Positions 8,412 through 17,218 of a DNA stretch of 32,000 nucleotides are shown piece by piece; the first letter of the stretch is position 1; the number at the start of each line of letters is the position of its first letter. Source of the stretch: Alkanindiges sp. WGS2144 (GTDB taxonomy: Bacteria; Pseudomonadota; Gammaproteobacteria; Pseudomonadales; Moraxellaceae); NCBI RefSeq assembly GCF_043950625.1, contig NZ_CP171007.1; one strand, 5' to 3'. The notes beneath the pieces are model-generated. The model was not told where the DNA came from. It made no database searches and was given only the letters and a program-made list of their open reading frames with translations. The translations under genes and the position numbers were made by a program.

Positions 8412-10400
8412 TTAGCCCCGCTTCTGAGCTTGTTCTAACTTGGCGAAACGCTCGTTTTCGATACGCTCCACTTCAGCTGCTGGCACATAGTAGTCCACTT
8501 TTTTAGTGAACGAACTAACGATCAGCGAGATAATGGTAGCAGCTAAACTAATAATCGCTAACCACCAGATATGCCAGGTCATGGCAAAACCACATACGAA
8601 CAGCGACATACCAATGGCAAAGCCTGCTGCACGGTTGGTTGGCATATGAATATCTTCATAGTGACTTGGACGCTGGTAAGCAATACCTTTTTGTTTATCT
8701 ACCCAGAAAGAGTCAATCTCAGTTGCTGTGCCTGGCAGATAAGCAAAGTTATAGAATGGGGCAGGAGAGGAAGTGCTCCACTCTAAAGTACGGCCATCCC
8801 ATGGGTCACCGGTCATATCAATATTCTTCTTGCGATCGCGAATACTCACGAAAGCCTGAATTAACTGACAGATAATACCAATGAAGATCAGGATTGCGCC
8901 TACCAGTGCAACATACACATAAGGATCCCATTCAGGATTGTCAAAGGTATTCAGGCGGCGAGTCATCCCCATGAAACCAAGGATATATAGCGGCATAAAC
9001 GCCATATAGAAACCAATAATCCAGAACCAGAAGGATGCTTTACCCCAGGCTTCGTTTAGCGTAAAGCCAAACATTTTGGGGAACCAGTAAGTAATGGCAG
9101 CAAACATGCCAAACACCACACCACCAATAATTACGTTATGGAAGTGGGCAACAAGGAACAGCGAGTTGTGTACAACAAAGTCAGCAGGTGGAATTCCGAG
9201 CAGTACGCCTGTCATGCCACCAATAGAGAAGGTTACTAAAAAGCCCAGTGTCCAAAGCATCGGTACAGTAAAGTTAATCCGGCCTTTGTACATGGTGAAC
9301 AACCAGTTGAATATTTTTACTCCGGTTGGAATAGCAATAACCATGGTTGTGATACTAAAGAAGGTATTTACCTTGGCGCCTGCACCCATTGTAAAGAAGT
9401 GGTGTAACCAGACAACGTAAGACAGGAAGCCAATGACAATAATTGCATAAACCATAGTCGTATAACCAAACAGGTATTTGCGGCTATAGGTGGCAACAAT
9501 TTCAGAGAACGCACCAAAGGCAGGTAAAATCAGAATATAAACTTCTGGATGACCCCACGTCCAAATCAGGTTGACGTATAGCATTGGGCTACCGCCAGCA
9601 TCATTGGTAAAGAAGTGGAAGCCCAGATAGCGGTCAACTGTCAGCATGGCCAGTGTGCCAGCCAGAATTGGGAACACGGCAACGATCAGGACAACAGTAA
9701 CCAGCACAGACCAGGTGAAAATTGGCATGTCCATCAGTTTCATGCCAGGGGCACGCATCTTGAGGATGGTAACAAAGAAGTTAACCCCGGTCAGCACAGT
9801 ACCCAGACCTGAAATTTGTAGTGCCCAGATATAGTAGTCAACCCCAACACCGGGACTGTATTCAATGCCCGAAAGTGGCGGATAGGCCAGCCAGCCAGTT
9901 GCACCGAATTCACCCAGCACCAATGATACCATGACCAGGCCAGCACTCACGGCAAATAGCCAGAAACTCACGGAGTTCAGTAGCGGGAAGGCAACGTCAC
10001 GTGCACCAATCTGTAAGGGCACCACCACGTTCATTAGACCTACTACCAGACCCATGGCCACGAAGAAAATCATGATCACGCCGTGGGCGGTAAAGATCTG
10101 GTCGTAGTGCTCAGGGTGTAAGTAACCTTCAGCACCCCCAGTAGCCATTGCCTGCTGCAAGCGCATCATAATGGCATCTGCAAAGCCGCGGAGCATCATG
10201 ACCATTGACACAATGATATACATGATACCGATTTTTTTATGGTCTACGGTAGTAAACCACTCTGTCCACAAATACTTCCATTTTTTGAAGTATGTTATGG
10301 CAGCAAGCAGTAATAAACCGCCCAAGAACATACCGGCAATAGTGATCTGCACAATAGGATCGTGCGGTATTGCCTCAAGGCTTAATTTTCCTAGCAACAT
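8412..10400 (-). CDS. cyoB: Cytochrome bo3 ubiquinol oxidase subunit I
   Basis: 662 aa. Heme-copper oxidase subunit I signatures are present ([30 protein letters not shown]), and the length matches CyoB. Confidence 0.95.
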   Translation of the reverse strand: MLLGKLSLEAIPHDPIVQITIAGMFLGGLLLLAAITYFKKWKYLWTEWFTTVDHKKIGIMYIIVSMVMMLRGFADAIMMRLQQAMATGGAEGYLHPEHYDQIFTAHGVIMIFFVAMGLVVGLMNVVVPLQIGARDVAFPLLNSVSFWLFAVSAGLVMVSLVLGEFGATGWLAYPPLSGIEYSPGVGVDYYIWALQISGLGTVLTGVNFFVTILKMRAPGMKLMDMPIFTWSVLVTVVLIVAVFPILAGTLAMLTVDRYLGFHFFTNDAGGSPMLYVNLIWTWGHPEVYILILPAFGAFSEIVATYSRKYLFGYTTMVYAIIVIGFLSYVVWLHHFFTMGAGAKVNTFFSITTMVIAIPTGVKIFNWLFTMYKGRINFTVPMLWTLGFLVTFSIGGMTGVLLGIPPADFVVHNSLFLVAHFHNVIIGGVVFGMFAAITYWFPKMFGFTLNEAWGKASFWFWIIGFYMAFMPLYILGFMGMTRRLNTFDNPEWDPYVYVALVGAILIFIGIICQLIQAFVSIRDRKKNIDMTGDPWDGRTLEWSTSSPAPFYNFAYLPGTATEIDSFWVDKQKGIAYQRPSHYEDIHMPTNRAAGFAIGMSLFVCGFAMTWHIWWLAIISLAATIISLIVSSFTKKVDYYVPAAEVERIENERFAKLEQAQKRG

Positions 10401-10403
10401 TGC

Positions 10404-11429
10404 TTATTCCTCTACAACAGCATCATGGCTACTCGCCGCAGCATGGCCATTCTGGAGACTTGCTTTAGAGCCATGTGTAGCAGCAGGCATGTATTGATCT
10501 ACAACATGCTGGAACAGGTCAGGTTCTACAGAAGAGAAGTACTCAACAGGATGGGGATGAGTAGGACGATTTTGTGGGGTATCCCGTAACTGGCGAAGTG
10601 TAGCCATATCCAGGGTTTTACCTGAAGCTTTAACTTGCTCAACCCAGGCTGCATATTCTCCGTTGGTCAGTGCATGAGCTCTAAAGCGCATGTTGGAGAA
10701 GCCAAAGCCACTATAGTTGGCAGATATACCCCGGAAGCCGTCATCTGGACCAATACCAGGCTGACCATCTTTATCGCTTAACTGATCGGCAATCAGGTGC
10801 AACTTGGTTTTCATCCCTGCCATGGCATAGATTTGTCCGCCTAACTCTGGAATGAAGAATGAGTTCATTGTTGAGTTGGAGGTCAACACAAAGTTGATTG
10901 GCGTATTTACCGGAAACGCAATCTGGTTAACAGTACCAATATTCAGTTCAGGATAAATGAAAACCCATTTCCACTGTTCTGCAATGACCTGAATCGTGAC
11001 CGGCTGCTCTTGAGCTTGCTGGGCAACCGCCTGGTTTGGATTGCTCTTGATAGATTTGGCAACTTTATCAGCAGTGATCGGCTGATAAGGGTCAAGGCTA
11101 TGTGTGTACTTATAAGATAAGTAACCCAAAATACCAATAATAATGATCGGTATGCCCCAGACTACAAGTTCAATTTTTGTAGAGTGAGCCCAGTTGGGCA
11201 GGTATTCAGCAGACTGATTACCCTGGCGATATTTCCACATAAACCAAAAAGACATTAATATGGCAGGGATAACCACTAATAACATGAAGAAGAATGCAAT
11301 TAGAATCAGGTTACCTTGCTCAACGCCAATTTGTCCTTTTGAATTAAAAAGTACCATGTCTCCGCCACAGCCAGTCAGTAAAGCGGCCATTGCACACAAA
11401 GACAATAGGGTGAAGAAGGTTTGTCTCAT
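10404..11429 (-). CDS. cyoA: Cytochrome bo3 ubiquinol oxidase subunit II (lipoprotein)
   Basis: From ORF 10404..11462, with the start moved to ATG 11429 (MRQTFFTLLSLCAMAALLTGC, lipobox LTGC), which has GAGG 9 nt upstream. Two TM helices are followed by a cupredoxin-like periplasmic domain. It is the first gene of cyoABCDE. Confidence 0.93.
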   Translation of the reverse strand: MRQTFFTLLSLCAMAALLTGCGGDMVLFNSKGQIGVEQGNLILIAFFFMLLVVIPAILMSFWFMWKYRQGNQSAEYLPNWAHSTKIELVVWGIPIIIIGILGYLSYKYTHSLDPYQPITADKVAKSIKSNPNQAVAQQAQEQPVTIQVIAEQWKWVFIYPELNIGTVNQIAFPVNTPINFVLTSNSTMNSFFIPELGGQIYAMAGMKTKLHLIADQLSDKDGQPGIGPDDGFRGISANYSGFGFSNMRFRAHALTNGEYAAWVEQVKASGKTLDMATLRQLRDTPQNRPTHPHPVEYFSSVEPDLFQHVVDQYMPAATHGSKASLQNGHAAASSHDAVVEE

Positions 11430-11955
11430 TTTAAAACCTCGGTTAAGAGTCCCGTTCAGCAAAATATGAATTTGCTATTAGAGTGCTTGCGTGTATACAG
11501 CTTGCCCTTGTACTTGTACAGGTTGCAGAACAGGTAAAAACCAAACTGATATGCGTTGCACAATGAAGTGCAGCACTACTACTTTAGGCGCATTATAGCC
11601 CTATCTGCTTATACGAAGCTATAACAATTGCCCGACTAATAAAGTTAAAGATGAATTTTAAGTGCCTGTAATTTAGAATGTTGTTTTAAACCCTTAGTTT
11701 TTTTAAGGATTTCATGTAATTTGCCATTTTTCCTCAAAAATCTGATTTATAAAACAAAATAATTATGCGGAATCAGGTGTCTTTTGTGGCTTGTTGTGTC
11801 AAATTTTTCTTAAGTTGTGTTTAAGAAAACCAATAAACCGGATTTTCGGTCAAACTAAAATGAAATTGTTTGTGGGGCTAAAGTGGTAAAATTGTAAATG
11901 TACTTGGGTTTTTATACTTTTTTAAACTAGGTAGAATGACGACTACACTGGTGAT

Positions 11956-12558
11956 TTAGCTAATCATTTGGTCATTAACTTGATCCATAGCGCTGGTGGT
12001 TAGCATTTTTTTCAACTGCTCATAGACTAGCTCAAAACTGGTACAGTCATCACTACCGAGAAAATGTCCCCCTTGTTCAAGCAATACAAATGATGCCTCA
12101 AGGCTGCTTGCCAGTTGTTCGGTCAGTTCATAGGGCACGGTGTGATCATTTCGGGCAGCAATAACTAACCGTCTGGGAGCCATGGAGATAATGGAATCAG
12201 CTTTCAGGGCATGGGCAATAAATGGATTAATTAGTGAGTATCCTGGCACGGCACAGGAAAAGCCTGATACTAAAATCAGACCGCCGATATGGGGTAACGG
12301 TTCAAGTTGCTGCAAATAATCCAGTAAGGCAATGCACCCTAGGCTATGCGCCACAAAATAAGTCTGTTCATTGGGGATGCCGATAGTGGATTGTAGGTAT
12401 TGATCCCACTCTTCCTTGACTGGATGTTCAGGAGCAGGCAGGGCGGGAATCGCTACCTGAATATCTTGCTGCTTGAGTTGTTGTGCCAGCCAGGGAAACC
12501 AATGATGGGCAGGTGAGGCACCATAACCATGAATAATGTAAACCTGATGATTTGCCAT
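11956..12558 (-). CDS. Small alpha/beta serine hydrolase, YdeN/RBBP9 (DUF1234-like) family
   Basis: 200 aa. It has the N-terminal VYIIHGYGASPAHHWFPWL and the nucleophile elbow AHSLG, and the size and motif order are those of YdeN-type hydrolases. The substrate is unknown. Confidence 0.75.
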   Translation of the reverse strand: MANHQVYIIHGYGASPAHHWFPWLAQQLKQQDIQVAIPALPAPEHPVKEEWDQYLQSTIGIPNEQTYFVAHSLGCIALLDYLQQLEPLPHIGGLILVSGFSCAVPGYSLINPFIAHALKADSIISMAPRRLVIAARNDHTVPYELTEQLASSLEASFVLLEQGGHFLGSDDCTSFELVYEQLKKMLTTSAMDQVNDQMIS

Positions 12559-12565
12559 TGTGGTG

Positions 12566-12608
12566 CTATCCGCTATGATGCTGAATCTGGATCATCATAG
12601 CGGGATAG
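12566..12608 (-). promoter_or_regulatory. 15-bp stem hairpin abutting the hydrolase start codon
   Basis: CTATCCGCTATGATG (12566-12580) pairs with CATCATAGCGgGATAG (12593-12608), with one bulged G and a 12-nt loop. On the transcribed strand it ends 7 nt before ATG 12558, and no U-tract follows. Confidence 0.5.
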
Positions 12609-12645
12609 TAGAAACGGTTAGGTTAATATTGGTTGGGGAAAGGTA

Positions 12646-13404
12646 TTATTGTTTTGGTATATTAACCACAATTGTCCTAGCCAGCCGGTCATGCATCGTG
12701 CGGCGGCGCTCAGTAAAAATAAAGGCAAAATCAACAATTGCGACCAGAAAAATAAAATAGTTGAAAATAATAAAAACAATAGAGCGAAGCAAAAAACTGC
12801 GGGTAATAGAGGTTTTTTCGCCACTTTGGTCGTCTACAATCATAATCCCCAGTGCTTTTTTACCGATCGTCTGGCCTGATTTGTGCAACAGGTAAGCCTG
12901 AAGAATAAAATAGCCCAGAGCAAAAAAGCCCAGTGAGTAATAGGCAGCAGCAGGCAGAGTGGATAGTAATGCCAGCATTTGCTCTTGTTGCTGGGCAGAG
13001 GGAATCACGGCGCTGCCTGCAATTTCCTGATATTTTTTTAAAAAATCCGGCGTAATAAACTGCCCAAAAATAAAGGAGCTGGGAATCCACAGTAATAAAA
13101 TATCCAGGATTTTGGCCAGAACACGCTTATTGATAGAAGCCAGATCAGTATTCTTTGGGCTTTGGCTGCTCCTGTCAGTCGTAGCAGCTTTGGCCACTGT
13201 AGAGGGTATGCTAAACGGTACAGTGAGGGTAGGCTGGTAAACCATTTTACCCTGGGTTAATTCGCCCAGTGGTTTCCATTCGCTCATTCCTTCATGCCAG
13301 GCCAGATCATTAAGAACCACTTGTCCATTGGCCAGCATCTGGTTGACCTGCTCCAGTGTATAAGGCCCGGCTTGCTCATTGTTTCGTGCCAAATAAATCT
13401 GCAT
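12646..13404 (-). CDS. GYF_2 (DUF4339) domain - RDD family membrane protein
   Basis: 252 aa. The N-terminal MQIYLARNNEQAGPYTLEQVNQMLANGQVVLNDLAWHEGMSEWKPLGEL fits the GYF_2 pattern. The C-terminal half has three hydrophobic helices with RDD-type residues (RVLAKILD..., ...MHDRLARTIVV). Confidence 0.75.
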   Translation of the reverse strand: MQIYLARNNEQAGPYTLEQVNQMLANGQVVLNDLAWHEGMSEWKPLGELTQGKMVYQPTLTVPFSIPSTVAKAATTDRSSQSPKNTDLASINKRVLAKILDILLLWIPSSFIFGQFITPDFLKKYQEIAGSAVIPSAQQQEQMLALLSTLPAAAYYSLGFFALGYFILQAYLLHKSGQTIGKKALGIMIVDDQSGEKTSITRSFLLRSIVFIIFNYFIFLVAIVDFAFIFTERRRTMHDRLARTIVVNIPKQ

Positions 13405-13454
13405 TGTATTAAAACCTTATAAACATCACTCGTTTATTTTAACGTCTTTTTAAT

Positions 13455-13481
13455 AAAAAAGACCCACCGAGATGAGTCTTT
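13455..13481 (-). terminator. Candidate rho-independent terminator downstream of ppsA
   Basis: The minus strand reads AAAGACTCA-tctcgg-TGGGTCTTTTTT. The stem has 6 core bp (one G-U) plus A-U extensions, followed by a run of six U. It lies about 60 nt after the ppsA stop. Confidence 0.5.
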
Positions 13482-13540
13482 AATCGGTTATCCGACCTTG
13501 CCTAAGTTACAAATAAGAAGGAAGGCCGGAACCATATAGC

Positions 13541-15931
13541 TTAGAGGGCTTTATTGGCTTGCTCTTCAGCCAGAAAGAACCAGGTTTCCAGTACAGAGTC
13601 AGGGTTGAGCGATACCGACTCAATTCCCTGTTCCATGAGCCAGTGAGCCAGATCAGGATGATCAGAAGGACCCTGACCGCAAATACCAATGTATTTACCT
13701 GCTTTATGGCACGCCTGAATAGCCATGGATAGCAATTTTTTAACGGCTTCATCACGCTCGTCAAACAGATGGGACACAATGCCTGAGTCACGATCCAGAC
13801 CCAGGGTAAGCTGAGTCAGGTCGTTGGAACCAATAGAGAAACCGTCAAAGTGTTCCAGGAACTGATCGGCCAGCAGCGCATTGGTCGGTAGCTCACACAT
13901 CATGATCACTTCCAGGCCATTTTCGCCACGGCGCAGACCATTGGCAGCCAGAAGCTCAATTACCCGGGCTGCTTCACCCACAGTACGTACAAACGGAATC
14001 ATGATCTTGACGTTGGTTAGACCCATTTCGTCACGTACTTTTTTTAGGGCACGGCATTCCAGCTCAAAGCAGTCGCGGAAGTTGTCTGATACATAACGGC
14101 TGGCACCCCGGAAGCCCAGCATGGGATTTTCTTCTTCCGGTTCATACAGCTTGCCACCAATCAGGTTGGCATATTCGTTGGATTTGAAGTCAGACATGCG
14201 CACAATCACCGGCTTGTCAGCAAAGGCTGCGGCCAGTGTAGAAATACCTTCAACCAGTTTTTCTACATAAAAGTCAATGGGCGAGGCATAGCCTGCGGTA
14301 CGCGATAATACAGCGGCACGGGTTTCACGCGGCAAGCTGTCAATGTTGAGTAGTGCCTTGGGATGTACGCCGATCATGCGGTTAATAATAAATTCAAGCC
14401 GTGCCAGACCAATACCCTGGTTAGGAATCTGGGCAAAGTCGAACGCACGATCCGGGTTACCCACGTTCATCATGATCTTAAATGGCAGCGGTGGCATGGA
14501 TTCAATGGAGTTACGCTGGATTTCAAAATCCAGAGCACCTTCATAAATAAAACCGGTATCACCTTCGGCACAAGATACCGTCACTTCACTGTTTTCAGTG
14601 AGTACTTCGGTAGCATTACCGCAGCCTACAATAGCAGGTACGCCAAGTTCACGCGCAATGATGGCCGCATGGCAGGTACGTCCACCACGGTTGGTCACAA
14701 TGGCGGAAGCCCGCTTCATGACTGGTTCCCAATCCGGGTCAGTCATGTCGGATACCAGCACATCGCCATCCTGTACCTTGTCCATTTCTTTAATAGACGT
14801 GACAATACGTACCTTGCCGGAGCCTATGCGCTGACCAATAGAGCGGCCTTCGCAAAGGATGGTGCCTTTTTGCTTCAGCAGGTAGCGTTCCATCGTCCCA
14901 ACATTCTGTCGGCTTTTTACGGTTTCAGGGCGAGCCTGAACAATGTACAGCTTACCGTCATCGCCATCTTTAGCCCATTCAATATCCATGGCGGTGCCGT
15001 AGTGTTTTTCAATAATCAAAGCCTGTTTGGCAAGCTCAGTCAGCTCATGGTCATTAAGGGAAAACTGGTGACGCTCTGCCTTGTCTACATCAACAATCAC
15101 GGTAGACTGACCGGTAACTCCGCTTTCACCATAAATCATTTTCTGGTGTTTGCTGCCCAGATTACGGCGCACTACTGCAAATTTGCCATTTTCTAGCAAT
15201 GGCTTGGAAATATAAAATTCATCCGGGTTTACCGCGCCCTGAACGACCATTTCACCCAGGCCGTAGGAGGCAGTAATGAATACCACATCGCGAAAACCGG
15301 ATTCGGTATCCAGTGTAAACATTACGCCTGCTGCACCGGTTTCACTGCGCACCATGCGCTGGATGCCAGCAGATAGCGCGACATTGGAGTGCGCGTAGCC
15401 CTGATGCACGCGATAGGCAATGGCTCGGTCATTAAACAGGGAGGCAAATACTTCCTTAACAGCAATTAATACGTTATCAACGCCGCGAATATTTAAAAAA
15501 GTCTCCTGCTGACCAGCAAAGGAAGCATCCGGCAAATCTTCGGCAGTTGCAGAGGAGCGTACAGCCACTGCAATATCGGGGTTATCACCGGCAAGTTCTG
15601 CAAATGCGGTGCGAATTTCACTTTCCAGTTCAGCAGTCAGGGGAGTGTCGATAATCCACTGGCGGATTTTTGCACCCGTCCGGGTGAGTGCCTGAACGTC
15701 ATCAACATTGAGTTGATCCAGTTCGGCCTGAATTTTTGCATTTAAACCGCTTTGCTCAAGGAAGTCACGGTAAGCCTGTGCTGTTGTAGCAAAACCGCCC
15801 GGTACACTGACACCAGCATTGGATAAATGGCTGATCATCTCACCCAGTGAAGCGTTTTTGCCGCCTACTGTTTCAACATCGTGTTTACCAAGCTTTTCTA
15901 AACCAATTACGCGCGCTTCCAAAATTGACAC
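13541..15931 (-). CDS. ppsA: Phosphoenolpyruvate synthase
   Basis: 796 aa, colinear by eye with E. coli PpsA ([11 protein letters not shown], the phospho-His loop [15 protein letters not shown], and C-terminal [12 protein letters not shown]). There is no ATG start. The ORF opens with GTG at 15931, but GGAG then lies directly against it. TTG at 15922 has GGAG 7 nt upstream and may be the real start. Confidence 0.95.
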   Translation of the reverse strand: MSILEARVIGLEKLGKHDVETVGGKNASLGEMISHLSNAGVSVPGGFATTAQAYRDFLEQSGLNAKIQAELDQLNVDDVQALTRTGAKIRQWIIDTPLTAELESEIRTAFAELAGDNPDIAVAVRSSATAEDLPDASFAGQQETFLNIRGVDNVLIAVKEVFASLFNDRAIAYRVHQGYAHSNVALSAGIQRMVRSETGAAGVMFTLDTESGFRDVVFITASYGLGEMVVQGAVNPDEFYISKPLLENGKFAVVRRNLGSKHQKMIYGESGVTGQSTVIVDVDKAERHQFSLNDHELTELAKQALIIEKHYGTAMDIEWAKDGDDGKLYIVQARPETVKSRQNVGTMERYLLKQKGTILCEGRSIGQRIGSGKVRIVTSIKEMDKVQDGDVLVSDMTDPDWEPVMKRASAIVTNRGGRTCHAAIIARELGVPAIVGCGNATEVLTENSEVTVSCAEGDTGFIYEGALDFEIQRNSIESMPPLPFKIMMNVGNPDRAFDFAQIPNQGIGLARLEFIINRMIGVHPKALLNIDSLPRETRAAVLSRTAGYASPIDFYVEKLVEGISTLAAAFADKPVIVRMSDFKSNEYANLIGGKLYEPEEENPMLGFRGASRYVSDNFRDCFELECRALKKVRDEMGLTNVKIMIPFVRTVGEAARVIELLAANGLRRGENGLEVIMMCELPTNALLADQFLEHFDGFSIGSNDLTQLTLGLDRDSGIVSHLFDERDEAVKKLLSMAIQACHKAGKYIGICGQGPSDHPDLAHWLMEQGIESVSLNPDSVLETWFFLAEEQANKAL

Positions 15932-15976
15932 TCCATTTAAAAAAATATCACCGGATCACAGCAATAATACAAGAAT

Positions 15977-16012
15977 GTAGCTGCCATGGGGATAGCCATA
16001 GGCGACAGCTAC
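15977..16012. promoter_or_regulatory. Imperfect inverted repeat in the ppsA/ppsR divergent control region
   Basis: GTAGCTG (15977-15983) and CAGCTAC (16006-16012) enclose an inner CCATGG..CCATAGG pairing. It lies 46 nt from the ppsA start and 60 nt from the ppsR start. Confidence 0.35.
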
Positions 16013-16071
16013 CAATTATCCGGTTACTATAAAGATAATGTTGACTTTAGACAAATATTTAAGAGACTCAA

Positions 16072-16908
16072 ATGGTGGATAAAACAGCAGTACAACGCAG
16101 TGTATTTTTTGTTTCAGATGGTACAGCGATTACTGCTGAAACGCTTGGCCATTCACTTTTGGCACAGTTTCCTACGGTTGAATTTGATATTCATATTATT
16201 CCCTATGTAGATAGCGAAGAGCGGGCGCTGGATGTGGTCAAGGAAATTAATAAATGCGCTATAAGGGACGGGGCGCCACCATTGGTATTTGATACACTGG
16301 TTGATCCCGCCGTGCGTGAGGTTATTAGTTCGGCAAACGCGGTTAACCTGGATGTATTTGAAGGCCTGATTAGTAAAATTGAAACAGAGTTAAATGTTCA
16401 GGCCTCTCCGCGCGTGGGCAATGCGCACAGTAGTGTAGATTCTGAAAATTATAAGTCACGAATTGATGCGGTGCATTATGCACTGGATAATGATGATGGT
16501 GCCAGAACCCGTCATTATGATATGGCAGACCTGATTTTGATAGGTGTATCCCGCTCTGGTAAAACGCCGACTTCCATTTATCTGGCCCTACAGTTTGGGA
16601 TTCGGGTGGCTAACTATCCGATCACCGAAGAAGACCTGGATGACAACCGTCTTCCTAAAGTATTAAGGGATCACAAGAAAAAACTGTTTGGTTTGATGAT
16701 TGAACCAGAGCGATTGGTTGCCATCCGTACAGAGCGCAAGGCAGGCAGTCGTTATGCCAGTTTTCAGCAATGCCAGACGGAATTGCGTGCCATACAGGGA
16801 ATTTATATCTCAGAAGGCATTCCCTTTTTAAATGTGTCAGAAATGTCGATTGAGGAGATCTCTACCCGCATTCTGCAAATGACTGGCTTAAAACGCCGGA
16901 TTGGCTAA
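16072..16908 (+). CDS. ppsR: PEP synthase regulatory protein (bifunctional kinase/pyrophosphorylase, DUF299)
   Basis: 278 aa. VFFVSDGTAITAETLGHSLLAQFP and the P-loop GVSRSGKTPTSIYLALQFGIRVANYP parallel E. coli PpsR/YdiA. It is divergent from ppsA, as in enterobacteria. Confidence 0.93.
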   Translation: MVDKTAVQRSVFFVSDGTAITAETLGHSLLAQFPTVEFDIHIIPYVDSEERALDVVKEINKCAIRDGAPPLVFDTLVDPAVREVISSANAVNLDVFEGLISKIETELNVQASPRVGNAHSSVDSENYKSRIDAVHYALDNDDGARTRHYDMADLILIGVSRSGKTPTSIYLALQFGIRVANYPITEEDLDDNRLPKVLRDHKKKLFGLMIEPERLVAIRTERKAGSRYASFQQCQTELRAIQGIYISEGIPFLNVSEMSIEEISTRILQMTGLKRRIG

Positions 16909-17015
16909 TAGGTAGGTGACAGGATACCCATTTTAAGTCAATCTTCAATGGTTACGACCGTATATTTATGATCAGTTATCACCATAAAAAAGTCTGCCGG
17001 ACAAATTATTTTAGC

Positions 17016-17077
17016 TTATAGGCTGCGTGGTTGAGGCAGACAGGGACTATCAGTCTTTAAATTGATAGAGCCTATAA
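17016..17077. other. Nested inverted repeat (bulged long hairpin) in the ppsR downstream spacer
   Basis: TTATAGGCT (17016-17024) pairs with AGCCTATAA (17069-17077). CTATCA (17047-17052) pairs with TGATAG (17063-17068), directly stacked on the outer stem. A 22-nt one-sided internal loop lies at 17025-17046. Confidence 0.4.
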
Positions 17078-17080
17078 AAA

Positions 17081-17115
17081 TGCGCCCAACTGTTGGGTGC
17101 GAATAACGTTTTATT
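17081..17115 (+). terminator. Candidate terminator for ppsR
   Basis: TGCGCCCAA-ctg-TTGGGTGCG gives a 9-bp GC-rich stem (two G-U pairs) at 17081-17101, followed by AATAACGTTTTATTG. The U-run is displaced and interrupted, hence the low confidence. Confidence 0.35.
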
Positions 17116-17218
17116 GCTTACTCTTACAATTCAATTATTTAAATATAGAAACAAAATGAACAATAGTCTGGATAGGCGTGACCGGTATTCGACTAGATAG
17201 AAATATTCAGAGGTGGGA

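Noticed and set aside
11686-11727. 13-codon minus-strand ORF (MANYMKSLKKLRV) behind GAGGA in the cyo upstream region
   Set aside because: It is very short, sits in 23% GC DNA where ATG/stop combinations are frequent, and lies upstream of the only good -10 element. There is no evidence that it is transcribed.
12560-13090. ORFs 12560-12760 (+), 12618-12824 (-), 12649-12879 (+) and 12860-13090 (-), overlapping the RDD gene and its spacer
   Set aside because: All overlap the 252-aa GYF_2-RDD ORF, which has recognisable domain features. Their translations are low-complexity and have no start signals.
14363-15196. 277-aa ORF on the plus strand, antisense to ppsA (plus the shorter antisense ORFs at 13881-14096, 14343-14546 and 14598-14834)
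   Set aside because: 14363 minus the ppsA stop coordinate 13541 is 822, a multiple of 3, so this frame is codon-aligned antisense to ppsA. Stops can arise there only from sense codons TTA, CTA and TCA, which a well-expressed gene avoids. It has no SD and its translation has no recognisable motifs. It is a classic shadow ORF.
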